Shown here one piece after another: positions 35,853 to 45,258 of a stretch of DNA of 64,000 nucleotides. Location: positions 49,695 through 113,694 of the forward strand of contig MGGS01000001.1 in NCBI GenBank assembly GCA_001792535.1, in the 5' to 3' direction. The stretch is from Candidatus Woesebacteria bacterium RIFCSPHIGHO2_02_FULL_42_20. Its GTDB lineage: Bacteria; Patescibacteriota; Microgenomatia; UBA8517. Positions within the stretch are counted from its first letter, which is position 1, and each line of letters starts with the position of its first letter. The notes beneath the pieces were generated by a model. The model searched no databases, was not told the DNA's origin, and saw nothing but the letters and a program-made list of their open reading frames with translations. Position numbers and translations under genes: made by a program.

Positions 35853-38132
35853 ATGACTGCCCCGAAAATAGTAGAGGAATTTAGCCGCCTGGGTAAAAGT
35901 GATACCGAGATTGTCGGTGGCAAAGGCGCAAATCTAGGAGAGATGACAAAAGCAGGTTTTCCGGTGCCTCCAGGTTTTTGCGTCACAGTGACCGCTTACG
36001 ACATGTTCCTAGCAGAAAATGATATAAGTGAGGGGATTTATCAGATTCTTGGGAAAATAAATGTCGAAAATACCGATGAGCTGACTTCGGCGACTGCTTC
36101 TATTCAAAGGCTTATAAAAAGCTCGCCGGTTCCCAAAGAAGTGGCCCATGAAGTTGTGAAGCACTACAAAAAGCTCTCCGGCGTGTTTCAGCATGCATTG
36201 GTAGCCGTACGGTCATCTGCTACCGCGGAAGACATGCCGGGGACATCGTTTGCCGGCCAGCAGGCCACCTTTTTGAATGTCAAAGGCGAGGCGAATTTGA
36301 TGGAAGCTGTTCGTGGTTGCTGGGCGTCTTTGTTTACTGCCCGATCCGTCTACTATCGAGTGCAGAATAAAATCCCGCACACGAAAGTAAAAATTGCCGT
36401 AGTTGTTCAAAAAATGGTCCAGTCCCAGGTCTCGGGCGTGATGTTTACCGTTGACCCTGTGACTAATGCCAAGGACAGAATCGTTATCGAAGCTGTTTGG
36501 GGTTTAGGTGAGTATATCGTCCAAGGGGCTGTAATCCCCGATCATTTTGTGGTTCAAAAGGACACTTATGATATTTTGTCTAAAGAAATCTCCAATCAAA
36601 AGGTTCAATTGATTCGTGTCGGTACCGATACCAAAGAACAGGCAGTGCCGTCTGCAAAAATAGATCTGCAAAAAATAACCGACGCCGAAGTGGTCAAATT
36701 GGCCAAATATGCCCAAGCACTTCAGAAGCATTATTACTATCCCCAAGACATAGAGTGGGCAAAAGAAACCGGCAAGCTTTATATTGTGCAGACCAGACCA
36801 ATTACAACATTAAGTCAGAAATCAAAAACCGAGAGCCAAAAGTTTGGCGGTGGCGAAGTTAAAACTTCAACTACGCCGATTTTAACAGGAGCCGGAGCTT
36901 CGCCCGGAATTGCAACCGGCGTAGTGAGAATAGTAAAAAACCCGAAAGAAATTAATAAAGTTGCTTCCGGCGATATTTTGGTCGCTCCGATGACAAGTCC
37001 CGACTTTGTTCCCGCAATGAAGAAAGCAATGGGGATAGTGACGGATGAAGGCGGACAGACAAGCCATGCTGCCATCGTTTCACGGGAGCTGGGAGTCCCC
37101 TGTGTGGTCGGGACAAAAGAGGCAACTAAAAAGCTCAAAGATGGTGATGTCGTCACCGTTGACGGCAGGGCAGGCTACGTGTATGCGGGAGCGGAAATTA
37201 AGACGGAACTGAGTCAAAAGAAACAGGACTTTAAAAAGTACGAGTCGCTAAAAACCGCGACCAAGCTTTACATCAACTTGGCAGAAGTAGAGCGGGCCAA
37301 GGAGTTGGCCAAACTTAATGTTGAGGGAGTAGGCTTGCTTCGAGCCGAGTTTATGATTGCAAATATCGGTTTACACCCCAAAGAGGCCATTAAGAATAAA
37401 AAGCGTGACCACTTTGTCGCCAAACTTGCAAAGGACATAGAAGTTTTCTGTAAAAGTTTTTACCCGCGGCCCGTTGTCTACCGCTCGACTGATTTTAAAA
37501 CCAATGAATACAAGTCTCTTCCGGGTGGTGCTAAATGGGAACCTGATGAGAGCAATCCGATGCTTGGTTACCGCGGCGCCTTTCGCTATATAGCCGACCC
37601 CGAAGTTTTTACACTGGAACTTGACGCAATAAAGGCGGTCCGCGAAAAATACAACAACTTGTGGTTGATGATCCCGTTTGTGCGTTCCCCGGAGGAACTT
37701 TTACGCGTTCGCCGCATTGTTGCAAGCAACGGCCTTTTTGAGTCTTCTTCCTTCAAGTTTTGGATGATGGTAGAAATTCCGGTAAATGTAATTTCGATAG
37801 AAGACTTCATTAAGGTAGGCATCGACGGCGTGTCAATTGGCGCCAACGACCTGACAATGTTGGTTACTGGCACCGACCGCGACAACGCCGACGTCGCTTC
37901 GGCATTTAACGAAAGAAGTAAAGCTGTTATATGGTCGATTAAACGAACCATCAAGCATTGCCTTGATCAGGGTGTCACTTGTTCAATTTGTGGGCAAGCG
38001 CCGTCCGTTTATGACGACTTGGTCGAAACATTAGTCAAAACTGGAATAACAAGCATTTCTGTTAACCCAGACGCGGTGGGAAGAGTGCGAAAAGTGATTT
38101 CCCAAACAGAGCGAGAAATAATAAAAGGTTAA
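35853..38132 (+). CDS. ppsA: Phosphoenolpyruvate synthase (pyruvate, water dikinase)
   Basis: N-terminal VGGKGANLGEM. Phosphohistidine domain GGQTSHAAIVSRELGVPCVVG. C-terminal PEP-utilising TIM barrel. Start taken at MTAPKIVEEF (35853), not the overlapping upstream ATG at 35754. Confidence 0.88.
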   Translation: MTAPKIVEEFSRLGKSDTEIVGGKGANLGEMTKAGFPVPPGFCVTVTAYDMFLAENDISEGIYQILGKINVENTDELTSATASIQRLIKSSPVPKEVAHEVVKHYKKLSGVFQHALVAVRSSATAEDMPGTSFAGQQATFLNVKGEANLMEAVRGCWASLFTARSVYYRVQNKIPHTKVKIAVVVQKMVQSQVSGVMFTVDPVTNAKDRIVIEAVWGLGEYIVQGAVIPDHFVVQKDTYDILSKEISNQKVQLIRVGTDTKEQAVPSAKIDLQKITDAEVVKLAKYAQALQKHYYYPQDIEWAKETGKLYIVQTRPITTLSQKSKTESQKFGGGEVKTSTTPILTGAGASPGIATGVVRIVKNPKEINKVASGDILVAPMTSPDFVPAMKKAMGIVTDEGGQTSHAAIVSRELGVPCVVGTKEATKKLKDGDVVTVDGRAGYVYAGAEIKTELSQKKQDFKKYESLKTATKLYINLAEVERAKELAKLNVEGVGLLRAEFMIANIGLHPKEAIKNKKRDHFVAKLAKDIEVFCKSFYPRPVVYRSTDFKTNEYKSLPGGAKWEPDESNPMLGYRGAFRYIADPEVFTLELDAIKAVREKYNNLWLMIPFVRSPEELLRVRRIVASNGLFESSSFKFWMMVEIPVNVISIEDFIKVGIDGVSIGANDLTMLVTGTDRDNADVASAFNERSKAVIWSIKRTIKHCLDQGVTCSICGQAPSVYDDLVETLVKTGITSISVNPDAVGRVRKVISQTEREIIKG

Positions 38133-38137
38133 TCTCA

Positions 38138-39403
38138 ATGAGCAAAATAAAAAAAGTCTGGGCAAGGCAAATTCTGGACTCACGTGCAAATCCGACGATT
38201 GAAGCTGCCTGTTTGCTGGATAGCGGAGCATACGTTGTCGCATCGGTCCCTTCGGGCGCGTCAACTGGTACTCACGAGGCTTTAGAATTACGCGACAACG
38301 ACCAGAAATACTATATGGGGAAAGGAGTTCTTAAAGCGGTTGAAAATGTCAATACTGTCTTGGCTGGCGCGGTTGTCGGCATGGACCCAAAAAAGCAGAT
38401 TGAGATAGACCAAAAAATAATTGCACTGGATGCGACGGCGAATAAAACTAAACTTGGTGCAAACGCAATTTTGGCTGTTTCAATCGTTGTGGCGAAAGCC
38501 GGTGCAGTCGACGCCGGTATGCGGCCCTACGATTGGTTTAGTGATTTGGCGAAGACGGTTGGCATCGCTGTAACCAAACGCATGCCGACACCTATGTTTA
38601 ATATGATAAATGGTGGTTTACATGGCGCCGGTAACCTTGATTTTCAGGAGTTTCATGTAATTCCGGCTACCTCCAGGCCGTTTAGCGAGGCCTTGCGCTC
38701 GGGTGTTGAAATTTATCATGGACTGGGTGAAACATTAGCCAAAAAAGGTGCTATTCATTCGGTCGGCGATGAAGGTGGTTATGCGCCGAACCTATTTACC
38801 AATGCCGACGCGCTTGAAATATTGATCGAGGCGATTAATTTTTCCAAATATAACTTGGGGCGTGAAGTCTTTCTCGGACTGGATGTCGCCGCAAGCACTT
38901 TCTATGATGGCGGCAATTATACCATTCGGGACAAATCTACCCAGTTGGATGAAAATGCTCTCATTGATTATTACAAAGCTCTTAATGACCAATATCATTT
39001 GGCTATACTCGAGGACCCACTTGAACAAGATCAATGGGGTGGTTGGTCAAAATTAACCGAAATGCTTGGCAAGACTATTACGATAGTTGGCGATGATTTA
39101 TTGGTAACAAATACCCAAAGAGTCCAAAAAGCGATCAAAGAAAAAGCATGCAACGCCATTTTAGTTAAACCAAATCAGATAGGAACATTAACAGAAACGC
39201 TAAATGTGGTAAAGCTGTCCAAAGATGCCGGTTTTAAAGTCATCGTCTCTCACAGGTCCGGCGAGACGAATGACTGGTTTATCGCCGACTTTGCAGTCGG
39301 CGTCGGCGCTGATTATGTGAAGTTTGGTGCCCCGGACAGAGGAGAGAGGGTTGCCAAATATAATCGCCTTTCCGCTATAGACTTAGAGCTTACGGCTGGT
39401 TAA
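38138..39403 (+). CDS. eno: Enolase
   Basis: ARQILDSRANPTIEA N-terminus and enolase signature region. Confidence 0.95.
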   Translation: MSKIKKVWARQILDSRANPTIEAACLLDSGAYVVASVPSGASTGTHEALELRDNDQKYYMGKGVLKAVENVNTVLAGAVVGMDPKKQIEIDQKIIALDATANKTKLGANAILAVSIVVAKAGAVDAGMRPYDWFSDLAKTVGIAVTKRMPTPMFNMINGGLHGAGNLDFQEFHVIPATSRPFSEALRSGVEIYHGLGETLAKKGAIHSVGDEGGYAPNLFTNADALEILIEAINFSKYNLGREVFLGLDVAASTFYDGGNYTIRDKSTQLDENALIDYYKALNDQYHLAILEDPLEQDQWGGWSKLTEMLGKTITIVGDDLLVTNTQRVQKAIKEKACNAILVKPNQIGTLTETLNVVKLSKDAGFKVIVSHRSGETNDWFIADFAVGVGADYVKFGAPDRGERVAKYNRLSAIDLELTAG

Positions 39404-39414
39404 ACTTCACTCAG

Positions 39415-41094
39415 ATGGATATCGATGAAACAAAGCAGGTAATTTTGGTAGTTTTGGACGGCTGGGGTATAGCACCACCCGGCCCGGGCAATGCTATTAC
39501 CCAATCGCCTACCCCGAACTTTACGCGCTATTGGGCGTCTTTCCCGCACGCTCAGCTACTTGCCTCGGGTGAGGCAGTCGGCCTTCCCAAAGGTGAGGAC
39601 GGCAATACGGAAACCGGGCACCTCAACCTTGGCGCCGGCAGAATAATTTATCAGGACTTGCAGCGAATCAACATGTCGATAGCCGACGGCAGTTTTTTTG
39701 AAAATAATACACTCAAGGGAGCTTTTACACACGCCAAAGCTAACAATTCCAATTTGCATTTGATGGGTTTGATTGGTGCCGGAGGTGTGCACTCAAATAT
39801 TGATCACCTGTTTGCGTTGCTCCAATTTGCGCGGAAAGAAAATTTCACTAGAGTTTTCTTTCATCTATTTACCGACGGTAGAGATTCGGCTCCGACATCG
39901 GCAAAAATTTACATTAGCCTCATCAGGGATGTGATTAAAAAAGAAAACCTGGGAACTATAGCGAGCGTCATGGGGCGCTACTGGGCTATGGATAGGGATC
40001 TGCGCTGGGACAGGACGGCAAAAGCCTATTTTGCGTTGACAAAAGGTGAGGGTAAGTTTGTTAAAACTCCGGAAGAGGCTATTGACGCTTCCTACAGCCA
40101 GGGCAAAACCGACGAATTCATTGAGCCGGCCATAATTACCGGCGAATCAAGCAAACCGCTTGGAGTGATCGGCGAGAATGACGCCGTGATATTTTTTAAC
40201 TTTAGGGTCGATCGGCCAAGGCAGTTGTCTCGCGCCTTTGTCTTGAAAGAATTTGAAAATAAAACCGGTGAGATGGAGTTTGATCCTTACCGCATAAAGT
40301 ACGAAAAAACCCATTTAGGCACACCTGACGTTACCAGGCCGACTTTTAATAGAGGGGCACAGTTGGATAACTTGTATTTTGTGACAATGACAGAATACGA
40401 AAAGATTTTGGTAGATAACGGAGCAAGGGTAGCATTCGCTCCCGAATTCATAAATATGCCCTTGGGAAGGATATTATCGGAAAATCATATGCATCAGTTG
40501 CGCGTGGCCGAGAGCGAAAAAGAGCGGTTTGTTACATATTATTTTAACGGTTTGCAAGGGAATTTTGACAAGCAGCAAAACCTTATAATACCTTCGCCTA
40601 AGGTTCCTACCTATGACCTTAAACCCGAAATGTCTGCCAGGGAGGTGACTTCGGCAGTCCTTCAAAAACTGAAAAACGGCGACTACCCATTTACCTTGAT
40701 TAACTTAGCCAATGCTGATATGGTGGCGCATACCGGCAATATTGGTGCGACGGTCACCGCCTGCAAAGTGCTCGACGAATGCATCGGCGAGCTTGCCAAT
40801 TATGTATTAGCCTACGGTGGCTATTTGTTACTTACGGCAGACCACGGAAATGCTGAGGAAATGATAAATTTGGAGACCGGTGCGATCGACACAGAGCATT
40901 CGACATTTCCTGTTCCTTTCGTTGCAATCTCCAAAGATTTTTTGAATAATTCGGTTTCACTCGACGTAGGTATTTTGGCCGACGTTGCTCCCACAATACT
41001 TGCTTTGCTTGATGTTCCCCAACCAGTGGAGATGTCCGGAAGGAATTTACTTGGCAAAGTACTGGAAACAGTAAAAAGGAAGTCGTTCGCCTAA
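39415..41094 (+). CDS. gpmI: 2,3-bisphosphoglycerate-independent phosphoglycerate mutase
   Basis: LVVLDGWG, TGHLNLGAGRI and ADHGNAE motifs. Confidence 0.9.
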   Translation: MDIDETKQVILVVLDGWGIAPPGPGNAITQSPTPNFTRYWASFPHAQLLASGEAVGLPKGEDGNTETGHLNLGAGRIIYQDLQRINMSIADGSFFENNTLKGAFTHAKANNSNLHLMGLIGAGGVHSNIDHLFALLQFARKENFTRVFFHLFTDGRDSAPTSAKIYISLIRDVIKKENLGTIASVMGRYWAMDRDLRWDRTAKAYFALTKGEGKFVKTPEEAIDASYSQGKTDEFIEPAIITGESSKPLGVIGENDAVIFFNFRVDRPRQLSRAFVLKEFENKTGEMEFDPYRIKYEKTHLGTPDVTRPTFNRGAQLDNLYFVTMTEYEKILVDNGARVAFAPEFINMPLGRILSENHMHQLRVAESEKERFVTYYFNGLQGNFDKQQNLIIPSPKVPTYDLKPEMSAREVTSAVLQKLKNGDYPFTLINLANADMVAHTGNIGATVTACKVLDECIGELANYVLAYGGYLLLTADHGNAEEMINLETGAIDTEHSTFPVPFVAISKDFLNNSVSLDVGILADVAPTILALLDVPQPVEMSGRNLLGKVLETVKRKSFA

Positions 41095-41714
41095 TTCAGA
41101 TATTTTCTGATTAAGCCCACAACCTTGCCTTGGATTTTTACGTTTCGGACAAATATAGGCTCCATTGTCGAATTCGCCGGTTCAAGACGCACCCTTGTGG
41201 CTTCTTTAAAAAAGCGCTTCAGAGTTGCCATGCCGTTGTCAAGCAAAGCGACTACAATGTCACCGTCGCGGGCAGATTCAGTCTGCTCTATGACGACAAA
41301 GTCACCGTCGCGGATCTGCTCGTCTATCATCGATTCACCCTTTACTTGAAGTACGTAAACCCTTTTTTGGCCGCTTACAAATGTCGGGTGAATGGCTATA
41401 GTAGCATTGGGGTCGGTAAATGGCTCGATCGGTGCACCTGCAGCGATAAACCCGAGGACGGGGACTCTTAGCCCGTCACTTGTTTCGGCTGAATATTTTT
41501 TGTCCAAGAGCGTGATGGACTTGTTTTTTCCTCCGGTGCGTTTAATTAGACCTTTGCTCTCGAGATTTGCAAGATGTTCGTGGACGGTTGCAAGGGAAGT
41601 AACGCCAATTGCTTGGGCAATTTCTTTAAGTGTGGGTGCAGAACGGGACGTTTCAATATATTGACGGATGAAATCCATGATTTGACGTTGGCGTCTGTAA
41701 ACTACTAAAGTCAT
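41091..41714 (-). CDS. lexA: LexA repressor (S24 peptidase)
   Basis: N-terminal wHTH (APTLKEIAQAIGVTSLATVHEHLANLESKGLIKR). C-terminal S24 domain with VKGESMID and catalytic Ser/Lys. Confidence 0.88.
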   Translation of the reverse strand: MTLVVYRRQRQIMDFIRQYIETSRSAPTLKEIAQAIGVTSLATVHEHLANLESKGLIKRTGGKNKSITLLDKKYSAETSDGLRVPVLGFIAAGAPIEPFTDPNATIAIHPTFVSGQKRVYVLQVKGESMIDEQIRDGDFVVIEQTESARDGDIVVALLDNGMATLKRFFKEATRVRLEPANSTMEPIFVRNVKIQGKVVGLIRKYLN

Positions 41715-41817
41715 ACATCTTTTTTACAAATAAAACCCGAATGTGTCAACTGGAACTTAATATATCAAAAACCATAAATAACCCAAATACCACTTTGGTT
41801 CATGCTAAAATAGTTTA

Positions 41818-43833
41818 ATGGCCAAGTTTAGTTTAAAGGCGAAGTTTAGCCTTACCGGGGACCAGCCCCAAGCCGTTAGGCAGTTAACCGACTGGATTGT
41901 TGGCGCCAACAAGTACCAGGTGCTTTTGGGAGTGACGGGATCGGGTAAAACATTTTCGGCGGCAAATATTATCCAAAGACTGAACATGCCAGCTTTGGTT
42001 ATTTCTCATAACAAGACGTTAGCGGCACAACTCTACCAGGAGTTCAGGGACTTTTTTCCGGCTAACGCCGTTTCTTTTTTCGTATCATATTATGATTACT
42101 ATCAGCCCGAAGCATACATTCCTTCTACAGACACTTATATTGAAAAGGATTCTGCCGTAAACGAGCTTATTGACAAACTTAGGCTTCAGGCTACGACCAA
42201 CATATTGTCACGTAAAGATACGATTGTTGTCGCCTCCGTCAGCTGTATCTATAACATCGGCTCCCCGGTCGAATATGGCAAGTTTACATTGGCGACTAAT
42301 GTCGGAAAGAAAATAACCCGAAGTGAGATTATTGATAGACTGGTGGAGCTGCAATATATCCGGAATGATTTTGGCTTCCACAGGGGAACATTCCGGGTAT
42401 TTGGTGACGCAATTGACATCTATCCGGCCTATCAGGATACGGGTTTACGGATAGAGCTTGACGGCGATCAGGTGATAAAAATGGCGACTTTCGACCCGGT
42501 TTCGGGCAGAACAATTTCAAGTTTGGACTCTTTTGTGCTTTATCCGGGTAAACATTTTATGGCTGACATGTTTGCCAAGCAAAATATCTTTGAGGAAATC
42601 CAAAATGATCTAACTACGCGTGTTAAAGAGCTTACATACCAAGGGAAAGACTTTGAGGCCAGGCGGCTCAAGCAAAAAGTTACTTACGACCTTGAGATGA
42701 TTCGAGAGGTTGGTTACGTCAAGGGAATAGAAAATTATTCAAGATATTTTGACGGACGAGCAGCCGGAGACACGCCACATAGCCTTCTTGACTATTTTAA
42801 CAAAGCATATGGTGACCGTTGGCTGGTAATTGTTGACGAGAGCCACATCACTTTTCCGCAAATTCGCGGTATGTATGCTGGTGACCTTTCCCGAAAGAAA
42901 GTACTGGTGGACTACGGGTTCAGGTTGCCGGCAGCGTTTGACAACAGGCCGCTCACCTTTGATGAGTTTATGCGTGGGATTCCAAGGTTTCTGGCAACAA
43001 GTGCCACACCAAGTGACTGGGAACTTTCCTTGGCCGGCGAGTACGTTGCCCAACAGCTTGTGCGTCCCACAGGCATTACCGACCCCGAAATTGTGGTTCG
43101 CCCCGCGCAAACTCAAGTACAGGATGTCCTAAGCGAAGTCAAAAAATTAAGTCGGAAAGGCCAGCGCGCCCTGATTACGACGCTTACCAAAAGAACAGCA
43201 GAAGACTTAACTGATTATCTCAAAAAAGAAGGCCTGAAGGCGAATTATTTACATTCGGATATCAAAACTTTGGAGAGGTCCGATATCTTGGATGAGCTTC
43301 GGCAGGGGAAATATGACTGCCTGGTCGGGATTAATCTGCTGCGAGAAGGTTTGGATCTGCCCGAAGTAACACTCGTTGCCATATTGGATGCCGATAAAGA
43401 AGGGTTTTTGCGAAGTGAAGTTTCGTTGATCCAGACAATGGGGCGGGCAGCGCGCCACCCCGAAGGTAAAGTAATTCTGTATGCTCAAAACCTTACCAAA
43501 TCGATTAAGAATGCAACAAACGAAGTAAACCGACGAAGAAAATATCAGCTTATGTGGAATAAAAAGTATAACATTATTCCCAAAGCAATCAGTAAGCCTA
43601 TCAGGCAGCGAGTGGTCAAGGAGGCAGTTGGCGAATTCGGTGAGCTGTTTGACAGCAAAAAGTCTCCGGTGGTTAAAGTGCTGGACAACTTGGATACAAA
43701 GTCCTTGACGCCCATGGATGCCAAAAAAATTGTAAGCAAACTTAAAAAGGAAATGACTATTGCAGCCAGTACCCTTGATTTTGAGCTTGCTGCCGAGATA
43801 CGCGACAAAATCAGAGAAATCGTAGTAGAATAA
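41818..43833 (+). CDS. uvrB: Excinuclease ABC subunit B
   Basis: Walker A GVTGSGKT, helicase motifs, beta-hairpin and C-terminal UVR domain (EIRDKIREI). Confidence 0.95.
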   Translation: MAKFSLKAKFSLTGDQPQAVRQLTDWIVGANKYQVLLGVTGSGKTFSAANIIQRLNMPALVISHNKTLAAQLYQEFRDFFPANAVSFFVSYYDYYQPEAYIPSTDTYIEKDSAVNELIDKLRLQATTNILSRKDTIVVASVSCIYNIGSPVEYGKFTLATNVGKKITRSEIIDRLVELQYIRNDFGFHRGTFRVFGDAIDIYPAYQDTGLRIELDGDQVIKMATFDPVSGRTISSLDSFVLYPGKHFMADMFAKQNIFEEIQNDLTTRVKELTYQGKDFEARRLKQKVTYDLEMIREVGYVKGIENYSRYFDGRAAGDTPHSLLDYFNKAYGDRWLVIVDESHITFPQIRGMYAGDLSRKKVLVDYGFRLPAAFDNRPLTFDEFMRGIPRFLATSATPSDWELSLAGEYVAQQLVRPTGITDPEIVVRPAQTQVQDVLSEVKKLSRKGQRALITTLTKRTAEDLTDYLKKEGLKANYLHSDIKTLERSDILDELRQGKYDCLVGINLLREGLDLPEVTLVAILDADKEGFLRSEVSLIQTMGRAARHPEGKVILYAQNLTKSIKNATNEVNRRRKYQLMWNKKYNIIPKAISKPIRQRVVKEAVGEFGELFDSKKSPVVKVLDNLDTKSLTPMDAKKIVSKLKKEMTIAASTLDFELAAEIRDKIREIVVE

Positions 43834-43842
43834 AAACACCCT

Positions 43843-44706
43843 ATGCAAAAGATTACCAAAGCGGTGATTGCAGCCGCAGGCTTTGGTACGAGGTTTTTGC
43901 CGCAGACCAAGGCGATGCCCAAGGAAATGCTTCCTATTGTTGACAAACCAGTTATCCAGTATGTCGTTGAAGAGCTCGTTGAATCCGGCATCAAAGACAT
44001 CGTGATTGTCACCGGTTGGCATAAGCGCTCAATTGAAGATCATTTCGACTATCCTTATGAGCTAATTACCCTCCTCGAGGAGCAAAAAAAGGCTAAACTA
44101 TTAGAAGAGGTCAAGCGCTCCGCGAGTTTGGCCAACTTTGTCTATATCCGCCAAAAAGGACCTTACGGCAACGGCACGCCGTTTTATTGCGCTAGACAAG
44201 TGATTGACAACGAACCTTTTGTGGCGATGTTCGGCGACGAGTTTATTACGGCTAACCCTCCACGGGTGAAGCAATGTATAGACACTTTTCGCAAGTACGG
44301 TGACCCGGTGCTTTCTGCCGTACGGGTAAAAGATGTGACGAAAGTAGGTGTGATAGGGGGCACCGAGGTGGAAAAGAATATCTGGCAAATCAAAAAATAT
44401 ATTGAAAAACCTACCCGCGAGGAAGCACCTTCAAATTTGGGTGTCGTTGGTTGTTATGTTTTAACGCCGGATATTTTCAGCGCACTGGAAGGGCTCGAAC
44501 CTGGAAAAGGCAATGAGATCTGGCTCGTAGACGCAATAAATAAGTTAATGAAAAAACGCCCGGTCTACGCTTGTGAAGTCCAAAACGCCCACTATTACGA
44601 TACCGGCAACAAGCTGGATTATATGAAGACTGTCGTAGCGCACGCAATGAAACATCCGGAAATCGGCTCCGACTTCAAAAAATACCTCAAGGGGTTAAGG
44701 ATATGA
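43843..44706 (+). CDS. galU: UTP--glucose-1-phosphate uridylyltransferase
   Basis: KAVIAAAGFGTRFLPQTKAMPKEMLPIVDKPVIQYVVEE matches GalU. Confidence 0.9.
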   Translation: MQKITKAVIAAAGFGTRFLPQTKAMPKEMLPIVDKPVIQYVVEELVESGIKDIVIVTGWHKRSIEDHFDYPYELITLLEEQKKAKLLEEVKRSASLANFVYIRQKGPYGNGTPFYCARQVIDNEPFVAMFGDEFITANPPRVKQCIDTFRKYGDPVLSAVRVKDVTKVGVIGGTEVEKNIWQIKKYIEKPTREEAPSNLGVVGCYVLTPDIFSALEGLEPGKGNEIWLVDAINKLMKKRPVYACEVQNAHYYDTGNKLDYMKTVVAHAMKHPEIGSDFKKYLKGLRI

Positions 44707-44855
44707 AAGTAAAGAGAAAGAAAAAAAGAACTCCTAAACTATTTTTTAAATACAAAAAAAGGGCAAAAAGAAAACTTGGAATTTGGGAAGGAATAGCGTC
44801 ATTTAAAATAATGCCGGGCTTTAAGATGACAGTAGATGAGTTTTTAGAGTCATGA
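44703..44855 (+). CDS. Candidate 50-aa very basic small protein, translationally coupled to galU
   Basis: ATG overlaps the galU stop (ATGA at 44703-44706). Product MKVKRKKKRTPKLFFKYKKRAKRKLGIWEGIASFKIMPGFKMTVDEFLES. Below the 60-aa ORF-track cutoff; the codon walk was verified by hand. Confidence 0.25.
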   Translation: MKVKRKKKRTPKLFFKYKKRAKRKLGIWEGIASFKIMPGFKMTVDEFLES

Positions 44856-45165
44856 GTTGTCACATTTTAAATAAAGCCCCGTTTGACAGAATACTTGTTT
44901 GGCAGGTAATTTGTGAAGATTTAACCTTAGTTTCTAAAGACAAAGGTTTGGATATTTACATCAAAGCCGGCCTCAAACGAGTTTGGTAGCTTGCAAAATA
45001 TATGCTCCTACGTATGAACGTATAAATACTCACTACAGTTAACTAGTTATATGTAGCGATTGAAAGTAAAATAGATTTTGTAAATATCTTATAGTATAAT
45101 GTTTTCTACTGGAGAAATCGTTTTTGCAGTTTTAAGAGAAAAAAGAAAAGAAAGGAAAGAAAATT

Positions 45166-45202
45166 TCCCCCGAAATCTAAAAGCGGATAGCGGGGGATTT
45201 TT
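45166..45202 (+). terminator. Intrinsic-terminator-like hairpin plus U-tract 57 nt upstream of uvrA
   Basis: UCCCCCG (45166-45172) pairs with CGGGGGA (45191-45197), with an 18-nt loop, followed by UUUUU (45198-45202). Preceded by a long polypurine tract (45135-45163) and a strong -10 TATAAT at 45095-45100. Confidence 0.45.
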
Positions 45203-45258
45203 AGTGGGCTATTTATATTTGTGTTACAATTTGGTGCCACGCGTTTTTGGGTGGTTAA

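Noticed and set aside
41715-41817. Calling a specific LexA operator in the lexA-uvrB divergent region
   Set aside because: Neither CTGT-N8-ACAG nor GAAC-N4-GTTC nor an obvious shared palindrome with the uvrA, polX or ruvC upstream regions could be identified by eye. The expectation of an SOS box is reported without coordinates.
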